This document shows positions 1 to 14,105 of a stretch of DNA of 64,000 nucleotides, one piece after another. The position numbers and the translations under genes are program-made. Source of the DNA: Octopus vulgaris (taxonomy: Eukaryota); NCBI GenBank assembly GCA_951406725.2, contig OX597817.1, positions 75,950,001 through 76,014,000 on the forward strand. Direction: 5' to 3'. Under the pieces are notes generated by a model. That model searched no databases. It was not told the origin of the DNA and was given only the letters and a program-made list of their open reading frames with translations. Every line of letters begins with the position of its first letter. The stretch's first letter is position 1.

Positions 1-99
1 GAGCAATACGCGCGCAGCAATGCAACATTTCCCGGGATACGATATTAGCAAGTATTTTAAGCCAAGTTGAAGGCAGCCGATGTATTTTAAACTTTCACT

Positions 100-540
100 C
101 CACTCATGTAAAAACTGAATTTTCAGTGTAATGTTTGTTGCTGTAGGACGTGTACTTTCGAACTTGCATCCCTGTTATACGTCCCATTATTATACGACCC
201 TTTATTATCCATAGTGTCTCTGTTATACATCCACAACTGTTTTGTGTGACTTGCCACTGAACCAGAAAGTTAAAGGTGAAGGAGTAATGCAATCCTCCCT
301 CACTATGGTGCAAGTTCATTGCAAGTTAGACCTTGAACTTCTTCAAACTAAAAGTAGACAGCCTATATTTCGTCGCAGCGTTCGGTTATCATGTGTATCT
401 GCGTCATCGAAATATCACCAATATCCTTTGTTTCATCGCTCAAAAGGTTTAAAATTGACAGGAAGAGTCATCACTACACAGTCCATTGAGCAGTTACACT
501 ATTCAATGATGCAATTTATTAGAACTGGTTTCTTACCTTA
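100..540 (-). pseudogene. Possible hAT transposase fossil
   Basis: Minus strand LSDETKDI (cf. DETKDIS) and IMGRITGMQVR (cf. MSG...GVQ.R); otherwise heavily disrupted. Confidence 0.3.
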
Positions 541-3500
541 AAAACAAAATGACATAGAAAATAAATAACTGCTTCTACCAAGTTTGCATAAATCATTATT
601 ATTTGATAGATTAATTTCCACCAATCACTGATTCAATATTCTTACTACCCTCGATGTTAAGTACTGTATTGGTAAATTACATACACTCAAATTATGTCCC
701 TTGTTAATCGATGTGGGTTTTATTTTTGGTTCCGATTGCAAGCTATTTTAATTAAACTATTAATGCACTTCAGAACGAACATCATCCAATCTATTTTTGG
801 CTCCGAAAATGTAAGTTTACTTACTATCCTATCTTATGGATTTATATAGATTATAGAAATTATTTTATTAACGTTTATAAGCGGGAACCGTTGAATGTAG
901 TTAGGTTCTGGGAAAACGATGGTCAGTACTTAGTTTGAAATTACTTTTATTATAGTGAGATATCAATCCTGTTGCTTATACTCTTTATAAATATGGATTT
1001 CATTTTGTTTTCGCCTTCTACAACTGGTTCCATATATTGATTCCGTCAAGTAAATATTCTATTAGATTATTTAAAAATAATGGTTTGAAATTTTGGTAAT
1101 GGGTCAGCATTTGTTTGTGGTGGGGGGAGGACTGGTACTTATTTTAATGACTGGTACTTGTTTTATCGACCCCGAAACGATGAAAAGCAAAACCGATTTC
1201 GGCGGAATTGGTACTCAGAACGTAAAGACGGACGAAATGTTGCGAGGAATTTTTTCGGCGTGCTGACGATTCTACAGGCTAGTCGCCTTAATTTATTCAT
1301 AAAATAGATACTTTCTAATACAGGCACAAGGCCTAGAATTTTGGGGTAGAGGCAAGTTCATATTTTATCGACGGAATCTGAACTCAGGACGTAAAGCTGG
1401 AAGACTTGTGTGCCAGACTTGTATATCTATTGCTTAGAGCAAAGAATGTGATATATGCTCAATATCAGAGATATGAAGCAAGGAAGCTTTGGCTTACAAC
1501 CATCTCTCTTTATGTAGGCTTTTTCAGCGTAGAAATGATTTGCGCCTAATAATCTCTATATACCTGAAGAAACCCAATCTTTATGTCATTGCCTATTGAT
1601 TGTTTTTATATATTCAATTTAAAAAATGTGCGAATATGCGCTAAATATTTTATATATTTGTGGTGCAATGTAGCTATGCCTCATTGTCCTTACTTTTTAA
1701 GAAGCAAGTCTTCACAATCATATTGTTAAATGTTTTACTTTCCATAAAGTAACGATACTAGAAAACCGAGCAGATTTCAGAAAATTATTGGAAAAGAATT
1801 AATTATTTGTTAGACAAGGAAATTGGAATCTTATTAAGATGGTGAACGCTTTTCTATATTAATAGAAACCCAGCGTGTAATTCATAAAATTAAAATGAAT
1901 AGGTCGTAATCTCAATCATATTCAGTTGTTAAACTCTTACTAAAGATCTCGGAAAGACATGAACAACTCGTGATTTTATGTCACTTTCATGACACTATGT
2001 CCATAAATAAAATACTTAACTCTAACAGAAATGGCTACCAAGTAAGACAAGATGGATCTGTTGTGAAAAATATCTTAGTATGTAAAGGATGCGAACACTT
2101 CATCTCGCAATGCAGAAGCTCATTCGTGTTCGGCTCGTGATAGGCATTTTTACAACATCATTCTACTTTCAATTCTATAATTATCAATCTAGAAATGAAA
2201 CTGATAGCAGGTAATAAAGCAATCCTTGCATAGGCGTGACACTCGAACGACTTCTTTTTGGCTTTTCTACACAGCAAGCAGTGCCTCAAATACTGAGTTG
2301 ACATCTTGCCATCTTTCTGCTTAAAAATCAACAGCGTGTCACTTAGGAGAGTAATTGTGTTGATCACTGTTGGTTTCAATATTTATTTCAGAATTAAATG
2401 TATTAAATCCTACAAATATTCTAATACTCTAACGCTCTAGCGTGTCATATAAACATAACTAAAACATGGCTAACAGATATCAAAACAGTGTCACGCAGTT
2501 TTGATGACATAATCAAAATCAATGATTATTTATACAGCTCTGACCATGTATTATGCATTATTAAAACACACATATAGATGTAAACTTTAATATACCATCA
2601 CATACCTGAGGTACTATATCATTTAGAAATTCTATAAAAATATCTCAACAACTTCAAACATTTTCTTAAATCAGAAAGTTACACAAAGTAATTAATTTTT
2701 GATTAGTTTGCAGAAACTTTTCTCAATATTAATTATATTCGCTGTACTTCAAAATGTCTTACATTTCTATTTTTAAATACTTCTATTACTATTGAAATTA
2801 AATTAATTAAAACAACATTTTATTTGGCTTCTTCCACTTCTTCAATTAGTTTCTTTAATATTTGATAAAGTAGAGCCAGACAAGTGTTTTATGCTCTCAC
2901 CGAGAGGTCAGTGTTATTCCTTTGTGTTGTACGTAGATAAAAACCATTTTTTAAAAAGATTTTGTATTTTGTAAAATATTAATGAGATTCGAATCAAAGT
3001 AAAAAAAACATATATGGTATCTACTGTTGATAACTGACTGGTGTAAAGTGTAGCTGCCAAAGCCCAAGTATAAAAATTAACTGTGACTTTTAATTCGGAT
3101 ATTCATTACCCATTCACCGAGTAAGTATTTTCTTTATACTAGCTGGAGAGGTTGCAATCTGCTCATCAGCAGACCATGTCTATAAATGAAAATGAAAAGC
3201 CAGATCAAATGGCAATGTTGACGAGGAATAGTGGAATCACAATTTGTTTTTTCTATGCAAATACATCCCATATAAATGCAGTCATTGTTTCTTTTATACA
3301 GACATTTAAATATATTATTTCAAGTTAAATACTCAGTTACATGGTACTGTAGAAGGTTGTTGTTGTTCTTTTTCTTTACTCCCATGTCCAACTAATTATG
3401 AAAGTGTTCTGGCCTTGACCATTCATATTTTCATATATTTAAAGTATTTTCACTGTGTTGACAAGATATGGATAGTATTCGCAATGTGTTTCTCTGGTGA

Positions 3501-3705
3501 TTATTTAGAATTGGGTGGACTGAGGTGGCGAAGACTAACATATCACTGTATTAGGAAAAGAGTTTTGGCGGCGAGAAAAGGGAGATAATTTATTCTTTCG
3601 TTGGAATTGAGAAATTCTACCGACTAAACAATCAGCAGCCATTGTTTCTATGTACTGAATAACTTTCAATTAAACTTCTGAAAGTTAAAGGTAACTAAGG
3701 AAGAA

Positions 3706-3709
3706 TTAC

Positions 3710-3760
<51 letters not shown>

Positions 3761-3890
3761 CGAGTGAGAGAGATAAGATAGTGAGAGAGAGATAAGATAG
3801 ATAGAGATAGAAATATAAATAGGTAGATACATAAATAGATAGATAGAGGTAGATAGAGATAGAGAGAGAGAGAGAGTGAGAGAGAGAGAA
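3706..3890. repeat. (AAT)n followed by (GA)/(GATA) low-complexity tract
   Basis: Seen directly. Confidence 0.95.
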
Positions 3891-4332
3891 AGAAATACCA
3901 CTTGATGAGAAACTTAATAAGCGGGAATAAATGAATTCCAAAACAAAAGCAGGGCCTAACATATGAAGGGTACAAAGAATAGTCTGTGGAGCAATGACGA
4001 CAGTATACAGTGCTTTCTAGTTGTCTGCAAATTTAATCGGAACTCATCCTATCACAGCGGAAGTAAAGCAGCCCAGAACCAGGATCGGCATCTAAGTAAA
4101 TAAACATATTTAACTCGATCGTCCGTAAAATGTATCTAAGCAGATTTAAAGAAGCTGTAAATAGTGAATGGGTAAACTGGACATGGAAAAATCAAAGCAA
4201 GCAAATACATCAAGAAAGGGGAATTCACAGAAGAAAATTAAGCAAGAAAAGCCGGAATTTAATGCATATACTCACTCAAATCGCTTTTGGTTAAGCGAAA
4301 AACGTGCAAAACAAGGCAAGCACAGCAGTAGT

Positions 4333-4510
4333 GGAGGCGCAATGGCCCAGTGGTTAGGGCAGCGGACTCGCGATCATAAGAATGCGGTTTCGATTCCTAG
4401 ACCGGGCATTATTGAGCAAAAACACCTAAGCTCCACGAGGCCTCGGCGGGGTGGGGGGTGAACCTCGCTGTACTTTTTCACCACAATTTTCTCTCGTTCT
4501 TTCTTCATAC
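4333..4510 (+). mobile_element. tRNA-derived SINE (third family)
   Basis: ggcgcaatggcccagtggttagggcagcggactcgcgat..gtttcgattcc; homologous to 20476-20752. Confidence 0.8.
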
Positions 4511-4798
4511 TTCTGCTACAAAGCAGAGGAACCATGGTGTAACCCACTATGGTGTGGTAAACTCTCAGACCCTAATCTAGATTGCAAATGCTCTGTACCC
4601 CAGGATGGTTCAGCTCTGCACCCGTTAAAAGCCACCGTTTATGGAATGAGGATAACAACATAGCTGTCGCGTCCGTGCAACCACCAGCCTATCGCGCATG
4701 GTGGGTGGATCTTCAAGTTGCCACATGCTTTCTTAGTAGCTTAGAGTAGGCTCGAATTAGAGATTATTCTTTGTGGCTAATGGCGTGAGTCCTGATTA

Positions 4799-4998
4799 GA
4801 AGAAGAGAAGAAGAAGAAGAAGAAGAAGAAGAAGAAGAAGAAGAAGAAGAAGAAGAAGAAGAAGAAGAAGAAGAAGAAGAAGAAGAAGAAGAAGAAAAAG
4901 AAGAAGAAGAAGAAGAAGAAGAAGACGAAGAAGAAGAAGAAGAAGAAGAAGAAGAAGAAGAAGAAGAAGAAGAAGAAGAAGAAGAAGAAGAAGAAGAA
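4799..4998. repeat. (GAA)n microsatellite, ~200 bp
   Basis: Seen directly. Confidence 0.98.
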
Positions 4999-5559
4999 AC
5001 ACAGCAGTTTAAATATATCCAAGCCAGAACACAATAATCATTTATGCGTTGTTAACTCTGACCTCCAGCTAAACGTTCCCTAGCCCAATGGCTGATAAAG
5101 TGCTTTCATCTGAGCCCTAAAATATAATTCAATCGTTTGAATATCGCAGCGAAAGAATTTGTCGAAATGTTTGTGAAGACAGTAAGATCCAGAAATGTCT
5201 CACAAAATAGTGGCTTCGTATTGGAGATTTACAAATATCACTTTGTCTTTCTCAGAGTGATGGTGAGTCTAATTGATCGAGATTACAGAAGACGGAACTG
5301 TAATAAAAGAACAACGCTTAGAGTAAGTCCGGAATCTAACTTATAACTCCTGCTCGCACTCTTTTTCTGTATAGACATTAAGTTGATTATATAAAGCTGG
5401 GAAGAAAGGTGCTCCTAGCACTGAATGCCATCATAAACACACAAACATAAAACACACGCACACATATATATACACACACACACACACACAGAGATACACT
5501 GACACATACATGTTTGGAATGAAAAATTTTGGGGGACTGATAAAGGATTTCAACAACGA

Positions 5560-5900
5560 GTGTAACCTTGCCAGACAGATTCAAATATTGTAAGAAAATT
5601 AAAACAGCGCAGTAATCCTAAACAATAAGATCGAAGAATCTTTCAGGACAACAGTTGGACTTCGTTAAGCCTCCGCATCCCAACACTACTCAATATTGTT
5701 TTGAGCCGGTCAGTTCAGAAAAGAACAAAGCTTTTGATTTATAACCATAACCATTTTGGAGCAGCCAACATCATGATGAGCGGACAAAAGACCAGCTCGG
5801 CTCTTCTGGTGCAACGGAAGAAAGCGATCGGTGACGATTGCTGATTGTCAGTATCTAGAGCGGCACGCCAACGATGACGTTGACAGTCATGGGAAGTTGA
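5560..5900 (+). mobile_element. Highly decayed RTE-like fragment ending in (TATG)n
   Basis: KIEESFRTTVGLR resembles the RT motif F....GVRQG; a GC-richer 3' portion abuts a (TATG)n tract. Confidence 0.4.
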
Positions 5901-6111
5901 TGTATGTATGTATGTATGTATGTATGTATGTATGTATGTATGTATGTATGTATGTTGCTATATATGCATGCATGTATGAATTCCTGTAGCTATGTATGTA
6001 TGTATGTATCTTATAAACACCTTCCACGCTGTAATTGTCTTCGTTCCAGTACACGATCCCAGATCAGGTCACTTGCTATGCAACTTAATCTCCGTAATAT
6101 ATGTATGTATG

Positions 6112-6175
<64 letters not shown>

Positions 6176-6179
<4 letters not shown>

Positions 6180-6525
6180 TGCCCCCTCGTTATCGAGTAT
6201 GGCCATTGCACGAAGCTTATCTGTTACTGGTGCTGTGATCGAATGTGACTTTCTAGCCCAGCTAAATATCTACAATGTCTTGTACAAAATTGGCAATTAA
6301 GACCTTTACTGGTAATAGCCGGCTGTAGTTGTAACTGGGCTTCATGTACCTTTGCATGTCATTTAAGTCCTCCTGCCGAATTACACTCTCTTCCACATGT
6401 CCGACAGATATAATTAGTATGGTGTGATACACCCCCACCAGTGGCCAGGTTTTCACTCATCTGTCTCATTTTATGACTACGAAGATGACTCATGAGTTCA
6501 GCTTTACTGAGACAGGGCCTTGCAT
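6176..6525 (-). mobile_element. RTE-like LINE 3' end with C2H2 zinc-finger tail, embedded in (TA)n
   Basis: Minus strand [46 protein letters not shown]; ends gccatactcgataacgagggggcagcc-(TA)n. Confidence 0.7.
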
Positions 6526-6532
6526 AATATAT

Positions 6533-6620
<88 letters not shown>

Positions 6621-7542
6621 GGATATACATTTATCTTTATTTCTTTTACATGTTTCACTCCAAAGGTTGTGTATATCATGTATATGATATATTATATACC
6701 TATATAAATACATATGTATATGTCTGCGTGCATGTATACATGCTTGTGTAATTGTGTATATGAATTATACTGCTGACAGGAATATGTCCAATTTTAATCT
6801 TATTCTCTATTAAGCCTGTATTAATTCCTACGTATTTTGCAACAATATCTTTACTAATCCCATTAATTGCCCGCCCTCACCAACCCAATGAAATAACAAT
6901 AGTAGTGGTTGGCTATTCTTGTGTTTTAGAATAGGTTTTAAAGTTAGACAAGCTTGTTAATAAAGCTCCAACCATCACTTGAATCATTTTATTCAGAAGA
7001 CAAACAAGAAAGGTCTGGAAATGCTAATGGACACAAAGATGTTATTGTTCCAACTTAAGCATAAAGGACTAAGAATGAAATATGATAAAAAGTAATACTT
7101 TAACGAAATAGCTTTAAATCAGACACAATAATTACTTTGGCCTAACGTGTTTCAAAGAAAAGCTGTTTTAAATATTAGCCCTTCATATTTGAAACAAATT
7201 GACTAACATCTATTGAGCAAATTTGCTCAACGTCTTGAAGCGTTACACTACAAAATGGTATGATTCAAATATATTAACCTACTTTCCTCATCTCGAGGCT
7301 CTTTTGTTTTCTTTTCTTTATGTATCTTTCTTCACGCTGATGAAGCTCCATGTACCAGAACGGATGTGCTATAGAATATGACGTATATTATTCTCAGAAT
7401 TTTCTTTATCGGTGCTGAGGGACATACGAAGCAGAAACGGTTGTTAGATGTGAAACAATTTTGTATTAAAAACTAATAATCTATGGTAGCCAATTTGTTT
7501 GTTCATCGAGGATTTTCTCTATTTTCTGCTTAATTTAAATTT

Positions 7543-7695
7543 GATAAACTCTTGTTTATTTTGTTATTGCCTGTATCATATGAGCATAATATGCTTGCAT
7601 ATGTATGCTCAGAGTTAACATAAGTAATTTATATCGATCGTAAAAACGGATATTCTTATCCCTGAGATGGTTATCCCATCTGATAACTCTACTAA

Positions 7696-7698
<3 letters not shown>
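7543..7698 (+). repeat. ~155-bp dispersed repeat abutting TA/CA tracts; second copy at 11291-11447
   Basis: tgataaactcttgtttattttgttattgc.tgtatcatatgagcataatatgcttgcatatgt.tgctcag..ctctactaac in both copies. Confidence 0.8.
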
Positions 7699-7758
<60 letters not shown>

Positions 7759-8240
7759 GCGTGTGCGCGCGCACGTGCGTCTGTGTGTGTGTATACATAT
7801 GTGGAAGCGTTTGGTTTAATGGTTAATGTGTTGCGCTCATGAGCGTAATATTGTCGTTTCGATTTCTGGACCGGGTGATGGGTTGTGCCCATGAGCAAAA
7901 TATTGCATTTCACGATACTCCAGTTCACTCAGCTGTCGAAAATGAGTACTCGTGCGACGAACCAGCGTTCCATCCAATGGGAGTGCTGGTATTGGGTTAA
8001 ATATATACATCACAGAATCCATGAAACCAGTCTTATGAATCTATGACCTGGGATGGACCTTTGATGCTTTTTACCCCAGATATATACATATAAATATATG
8101 TATGCATATATATATATTTTCATACAAGTATAAATAATTATATAAATATAATTATAATAGTAAGGGCGCTAATGAATAGCGCAACATGCTAGAAATAGAC
8201 ACCAAGTGGCTCTAAGGACTATAGTTACTTCATCCATATA

Positions 8241-8655
<415 letters not shown>

Positions 8656-9405
8656 TATTAAAAGAATAAAAGAAAATGAGTCAAAGTGACACTACTCAGA
8701 GTGGGCTGTGTTATGTCTTTACACAAGAAAGACAAATTATATATGTAATACTAAAAAAGGTAAATTCTTAATCTCTAAATTTTAATTCCATTCCTAGTGA
8801 AGGTAAACAGACGCTTGGTGGCAATTACCACTGACTTCGAAAAAGAATGAGAGATAATCTTAATAAACAATAATTATCTGGAATTTCTTCTTTTTCTAGA
8901 GATAAGATAACAACTTGGGTCGTTTTGTTCCCAAATAAACGTCGTCACCACAACGATTATCTCAGACTGATTCCAGCAGACTTAAACATAAAAACAAAGT
9001 GTAGGCAATTTCTATGGTCTTTCATAATTTTAACGAAAATGACTTAAGTGAGCGACTAGTGGCTCACATACATACATAGATACATATATACATACATACA
9101 TACATACATACATACATACATACATACGTACATACATACACACTCATGCATACACACAGTAAAATCGAAGTGAAGGCGCATGTTCAGTGGTTAGAGTTTC
9201 AGCTCACAATCATGAGGTAGTGAGTTCGGTTACCATGGCCATTTATGACCGAAGAGGGTGTAAAATTAGAATCGATAAAAAAAATCTACAATCAACTTGT
9301 CGTTAAGGTGTTTCGGATAAGTGTCCTTCATGAAAAAGAGGTAATGTCGAAAATGATAGACAGCAGAGTTAAACGTTAAAAAAACAAAAACAAAAATAAA
9401 ACTAT

Positions 9406-9638
<233 letters not shown>

Positions 9639-9801
9639 GTATATATATACGTAAATATAAGAGAGTGACCACTATGTGGTCGAATCTTGCACTAAAAATA
9701 GATCCGCTGGTTTCAGCCACGAAGAATTGTTTCCGATGAAAGTTAGCACAACTATCACCGTAAACGAACAGGGTAAATAAAAAATAACAAAATTGCAGAT
9801 T

Positions 9802-9880
9802 AATTCAGGACAATTGTTTCGCTATTAATAAATTATGCAATTTTACTCACATAGCATATCTGTAGCTCATCAGCTGAATT
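9802..9880 (-). ncRNA. Type I hammerhead ribozyme (inverted copy of 10363-10441)
   Basis: Plus strand aattcag-ga-caattg-tttc-gcta...tagc-tcatcag-ctgaatt is the reverse complement of a complete core. Confidence 0.82.
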
Positions 9881-10362
9881 TGTCTAGAATACAATTTACT
9901 CAACCGCATGCCAGATTTTACCATAACGATAAACACACATGCGGTTCAGTCGATTGCATTCGCCGTTATGATTCAAGTGCCCCCGCCAAAACCCGCCAAA
10001 ATTCACGGAAACATACTACATCAAAAATTAAATGCAGTATAATTACAATCAACTAATAAGGGTGAGAAAATTGGATACTAATTTAATAGTACCATTAATT
10101 TAATACCAAGTGGCTTAGTGCATAAAAACCAAGAATACAATAAATTTTATACGTAAATATAAGGGAGTGACCACTATGTGGTCGACTCTAGCACTAAAAA
10201 TAGATCCGCTGGTTTCAGCCACGAAGAATTGTTTCCGATGAAAGTTAGCACAACTATCAGCGTAAACGAACAGGGCAAATAAAAAATAACAGACTGAACC
10301 GCATGTGTGTTTATCGTTATGGTAAAATCTGGCATGCGGTTGAGTAAATTGTATTCTAGACA

Positions 10363-10441
10363 AATTCAGCTGATGAGCTACAGATATGTTATGTGAGTAA
10401 AATTGCATAATATATTAATAGCGAAACAATTGTCCTGAATT
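10363..10441 (+). ncRNA. Type I hammerhead ribozyme, minimal helix III
   Basis: aattcag-CTGATGA-gcta..(long stem atatgttatgtga/ttgcataatatat)..tagc-GAAA-c-aatt-g-TC-ctgaatt. All core nucleotides and helices I, II and III are present; GUC cleavage site after 10434. Confidence 0.85.
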
Positions 10442-10700
10442 AATCTTCAATTTTGTTATTTTTGTTATTTAAAGTGTAAACTGATAAATAAGGCATGATG
10501 ACGCCATCTTCATTCGTGAACAAGAAATGGTAGGATAAACAGTGTGAGAAGGAAGAAGGGAAAGGCGAGGGTGAAGTGAAAAGATGAAATGGGAGGGGAT
10601 GAAAGGATACAGAAAGGTTTAATGAACTATGAAGAGGTGTAGGAGTAGACAGAAAGCAAAAAACAAAAAAAAACAAAAACAAAAGAAGAATAAAACGTTC

Positions 10701-10863
10701 CGCAGGAGTGGCTGTGTGGTAAGTAGCTCGTTTACCAACCACATGGTTCCCGGTTCAGTCCCACTGCGTGGCACCTTGGGCTAATGTCTTCTACTAAAGC
10801 CTCGGGCCGATCAAAGCCTTGTGAGTGGATTTGGTAGATGGAAACTGAAAGAAGCCTGTCGTA

Positions 10864-10952
<89 letters not shown>

Positions 10953-11184
10953 ATGTGTGTGTATGTGTGTGTGTCTGTGTGTGTCTGTGTTTGTCCCCCT
11001 AGCATTGCTTGACAACCGATGCTGGTGTATTTATGTCCCCGTTACTTAGCGGTTCGGCAAAAGAGACCGATAGAATAAGTACTGTGCTTACAAAAGAATA
11101 AGTCCCGGGGTCGAGTTGCTCGATTAAAGGCGGTGCTCCAGCATGGCCGCAGTCAAATGACTGAAACAAGTAAAAGAGTAAAGA
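10701..11184 (+). mobile_element. tRNA-derived SINE with internal (TA)n(TG)n (octopus OK/OR-type)
   Basis: A-box-like tggctgtgtggtaag, B-box-like ggttcagtccc, internal microsatellite, 3' tail ggcggtgctccagcatggccgcagtcaaatgactgaaacaagtaaaagagtaaagag. Confidence 0.88.
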
Positions 11185-11448
11185 GTGTATGTATAGTGCC
11201 AAGGTCAAATATGAAACGTTGTTTCTTCCGTTTTCTTGAGAATGTGGATCGATGGTGTTCAGCATTGCCGCGCACCAATAAGTGGTTCCTGATAAACTCT
11301 TGTTTATTTTGTTATTGCTTGTATCATATGAGCATAATATGCTTGCATATGTGTGCTCAGGGTTAATATAGGTAATTTATATCGATAGTAAAAACGGATA
11401 TTCTTAACCCTTAGAGGGTTATTCCAATCGCTACCTCTACTAACCTAT

Positions 11449-11527
<79 letters not shown>

Positions 11528-11528
11528 A

Positions 11529-11566
<38 letters not shown>

Positions 11567-11570
11567 CGCA

Positions 11571-11633
<63 letters not shown>

Positions 11634-11766
11634 TGATATATATATATAATCATATCAGAAGGGAAATGGAATTTAATTAAATTTAAAATATTCAATCAAA
11701 ATTTACATTTCCAGTGGTCTAGCGTGCAAAAAAATTAGTCAAGAAGACTATATATTAGTTATAAGA

Positions 11767-11987
11767 TATAGTGCATATTTATACACATAAGGAATCCACT
11801 TAGTGTGAGATTCGGCACATTAGAGAGAGCAGCTAGGTTCTATAGATGGTAAATGTTTTTCATTTCCAAATTTATTCCTGTTGAATTTTATCCGTTATTT
11901 TTGTGGTTTATAGATCCTAGCTGTTCTCTCTAATGTGCCGAATCTCACACTAAGTGGATTCCTTATGTGTATAAATATGCACTATAT
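11767..11987. repeat. Inverted repeat, ~80-bp near-perfect arms, in a TA-flanked module
   Basis: atagtgcatatttatacacataaggaatccacttagtgtgagattcggcacattagagag..ctagg / cctagctgttctctctaatgtgccgaatctcacactaagtggattccttatgtgtataaatatgcactat. Confidence 0.9.
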
Positions 11988-12461
11988 TGTGTGTATATAT
12001 ATATATATATATGGTCTGTATTTTTGAAATGAGTGTGTGTGGTTTTGGTGGCGTAACAGATGGCCTTGCGTATGTAGTAGTATGTTTAGACCCCGAAAGA
12101 ATGAAAGGCAAAGTCAACCTCGGCGTAATATGAACTCAGATCGTAGTGACAGACGAAATACGGCTATGCATTTCGCCTGGCGTGCTAATGATTCTGCTAG
12201 CACACCGCCCTATAAAGGCTTATAATAAAATATGATAAAAAATAATTTAACGGAATGGCTTAAAGACATACACAATTGTTTCTGACGAACTCTTTTAAAA
12301 GTGCCTGCTCGTGTGGGGCTGGTCGCCACGGAGCTTCTTACTAAGAGGCTTTCAAGGTTCTTATCTCTTTAAAGGTGAGAAAAGGTGGTGCGGGGGAATA
12401 GATTAACGCAGTTGTGGGTTCAAATAGCAGGATTCAGAAATATTTTGCTGTTTGAGTAAAG

Positions 12462-12770
12462 AGTAAAGACCCCCTTCGGTCATTAATCACCTCCAAGGCA
12501 CAAGTCCGGCAAGGTTGTTTATGGAAGACCAACAGTCGCACATGTATATCAGTGTTCCCTAGCCACGCCACTGATATTATCCAAGGGGGAGGTAAATGCC
12601 TATACAGCATGGCACTAGTGACGTCGCAACCTATTTCTACAGCTGAGTGAATTGGAGCAACATGAAGTATAGTACTGTTCTCAAGAATACAACACACAGC
12701 CTGGTCCGGGAATCGAACTCACTACCTCATGATTGCGAGCCCGACGTTATTACCACTGAGCCATGCGCCT
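12462..12770 (-). mobile_element. tRNA-derived SINE, same family as 50492
   Basis: Reverse complement of ggcgcatggctcagtgg..gttcgattccc..cagctgtagaaat..gtcttccataaacaaccttgcc..ccgaaggggg. Confidence 0.85.
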
Positions 12771-13308
12771 ATTTGAGTATATCTTTCAAATAGGTGATGG
12801 ACGATTGGAAGGTGAGAGAGATGTGAGAGATTAGTCTGTAGACTAATATAAAAACGGTAGAAGAACGGTAACGCAGCCGATGGCCTGGGCATGGTGGAGC
12901 GCCCCATTCAGAAGTCATCCACAGTACTCTCAAATCAGGAAGAAATGTCGCATTGTTTGGCATTGGGATTCGGAAACCCAATCAATGCTGCTGATTAGGC
13001 GATGGCAAAGGAGTTGAGAGAAAGGTATGGCAAATTTAGCATGTTTGTATATGAGAAGAAGAGTTATGGGTAGAGTTATAGTGAGAGTCAGTTGTTTTGT
13101 AGTGGTTAGAGGGAGATAGGTTGATACTGCTTATTGAGGCTTTGGATTTCTCACTCCTAGCGGTAAGTACATTGTATTCTTATCGATTTTACTACGTTAT
13201 ATAAGTCTTGCCTAATCAGTCTCTTTGGACTCCGATCATATATATGCATACATACGTACAGGCACTACCTCCCCCATGCACGCATACACACATACACAAA
13301 CACACACA

Positions 13309-13353
<45 letters not shown>

Positions 13354-13467
13354 TTGTGTGTGTGTGTATGTATGTGTCTATCGATATATGTGCATGTGCT
13401 GATGTAGTGGTCATGATAGACCACGAAGCACAATAGCTAGCTCTACGATCCACCTATTTTCAATATA

Positions 13468-14105
13468 TTGGTTTCAAACTTTGGTACAATGCCTGCAACT
13501 TCGGTGGTGGGGGTGGGTAAGTTGTTTACATCAACCCCAGTATTCCCCAAAAGGATGACAGGCAAAGTCGACCTCGACAGAGGTAGAACTTAGAACGAGA
13601 AAACAGACGAAATACATATTTCTTTACTACCCACAAAGGGCTAAACACAGAGAGGACAAACAAGGACAGACAAACGGATTAAGTCGATTATATCGACCCC
13701 AGTGCGTAACTGGTACTTAATTTATCGACCCCAAAAGGATGAAAGGTAAAGTCGACCTCGGCAGAATTGGAACTCAGAACGTAATACCTATTTCTTTATT
13801 ACCCACAAGGGGCTAAACATAGAGAGGACAAACAAGGACAGACAAACGGATCAAGTCGGTTACATCGACCCCAGTATGCAACTGGTACTTAATTTATCGA
13901 CCCTGAAAGGATGAAAGGCAAAGTCGACCTCGGCAGAATTGGAACTCAGAACGTAACCGCAGACGAAATACCTATTTCTTTATTATCCACAAGGGGCTAA
14001 ACATAGAGGGGAACAATAAGGACAGACATAGGTATTAACGTAACGGCAGACGAAATACCGCTAAGCATTTCACCCGGCGTGCTGAAGATTCTGCCAGCTC
14101 GCTGT
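13468..14105 (-). mobile_element. Chain of ~4 nested/tandem SINE units (gtcgacctcggc/atcgacccc family, Nin-domain-like)
   Basis: Repeated atcgaccc..aaggatgaaagg.aaagtcgacctcggcagaatt.gaactcagaacgt, with tails tttctttactacccacaaggggctaaaca.. Confidence 0.85.

Larger units (their letters stand above)
9648..10470. mobile_element. Non-coding PLE-type module: direct repeat A (9648-9789 / 10150-10290) plus inverted segment B (9783-9950 / 10291-10460)
   Basis: The A-B-C-A-B' arrangement is read directly (the ORF track also shows the same MQFYSH.ISVAHQLNLSRIQF peptide on both strands). Starts at the end of a (TA)n tract. Confidence 0.85.

Noticed and set aside
242-541. 99-aa ORF
   Set aside because: No motif or splice support; overlaps a possible hAT fossil on the other strand.
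2158-2379. Cys/His-containing ORF (HCLLCRK..ECH)
   Set aside because: Could be a transposase zinc-finger relic, but the evidence is too thin to annotate.
13600-14050. CRISPR-like regularly spaced repeats
   Set aside because: Units are SINE pieces with homologous, not unique, spacers; eukaryotic context with no cas genes.
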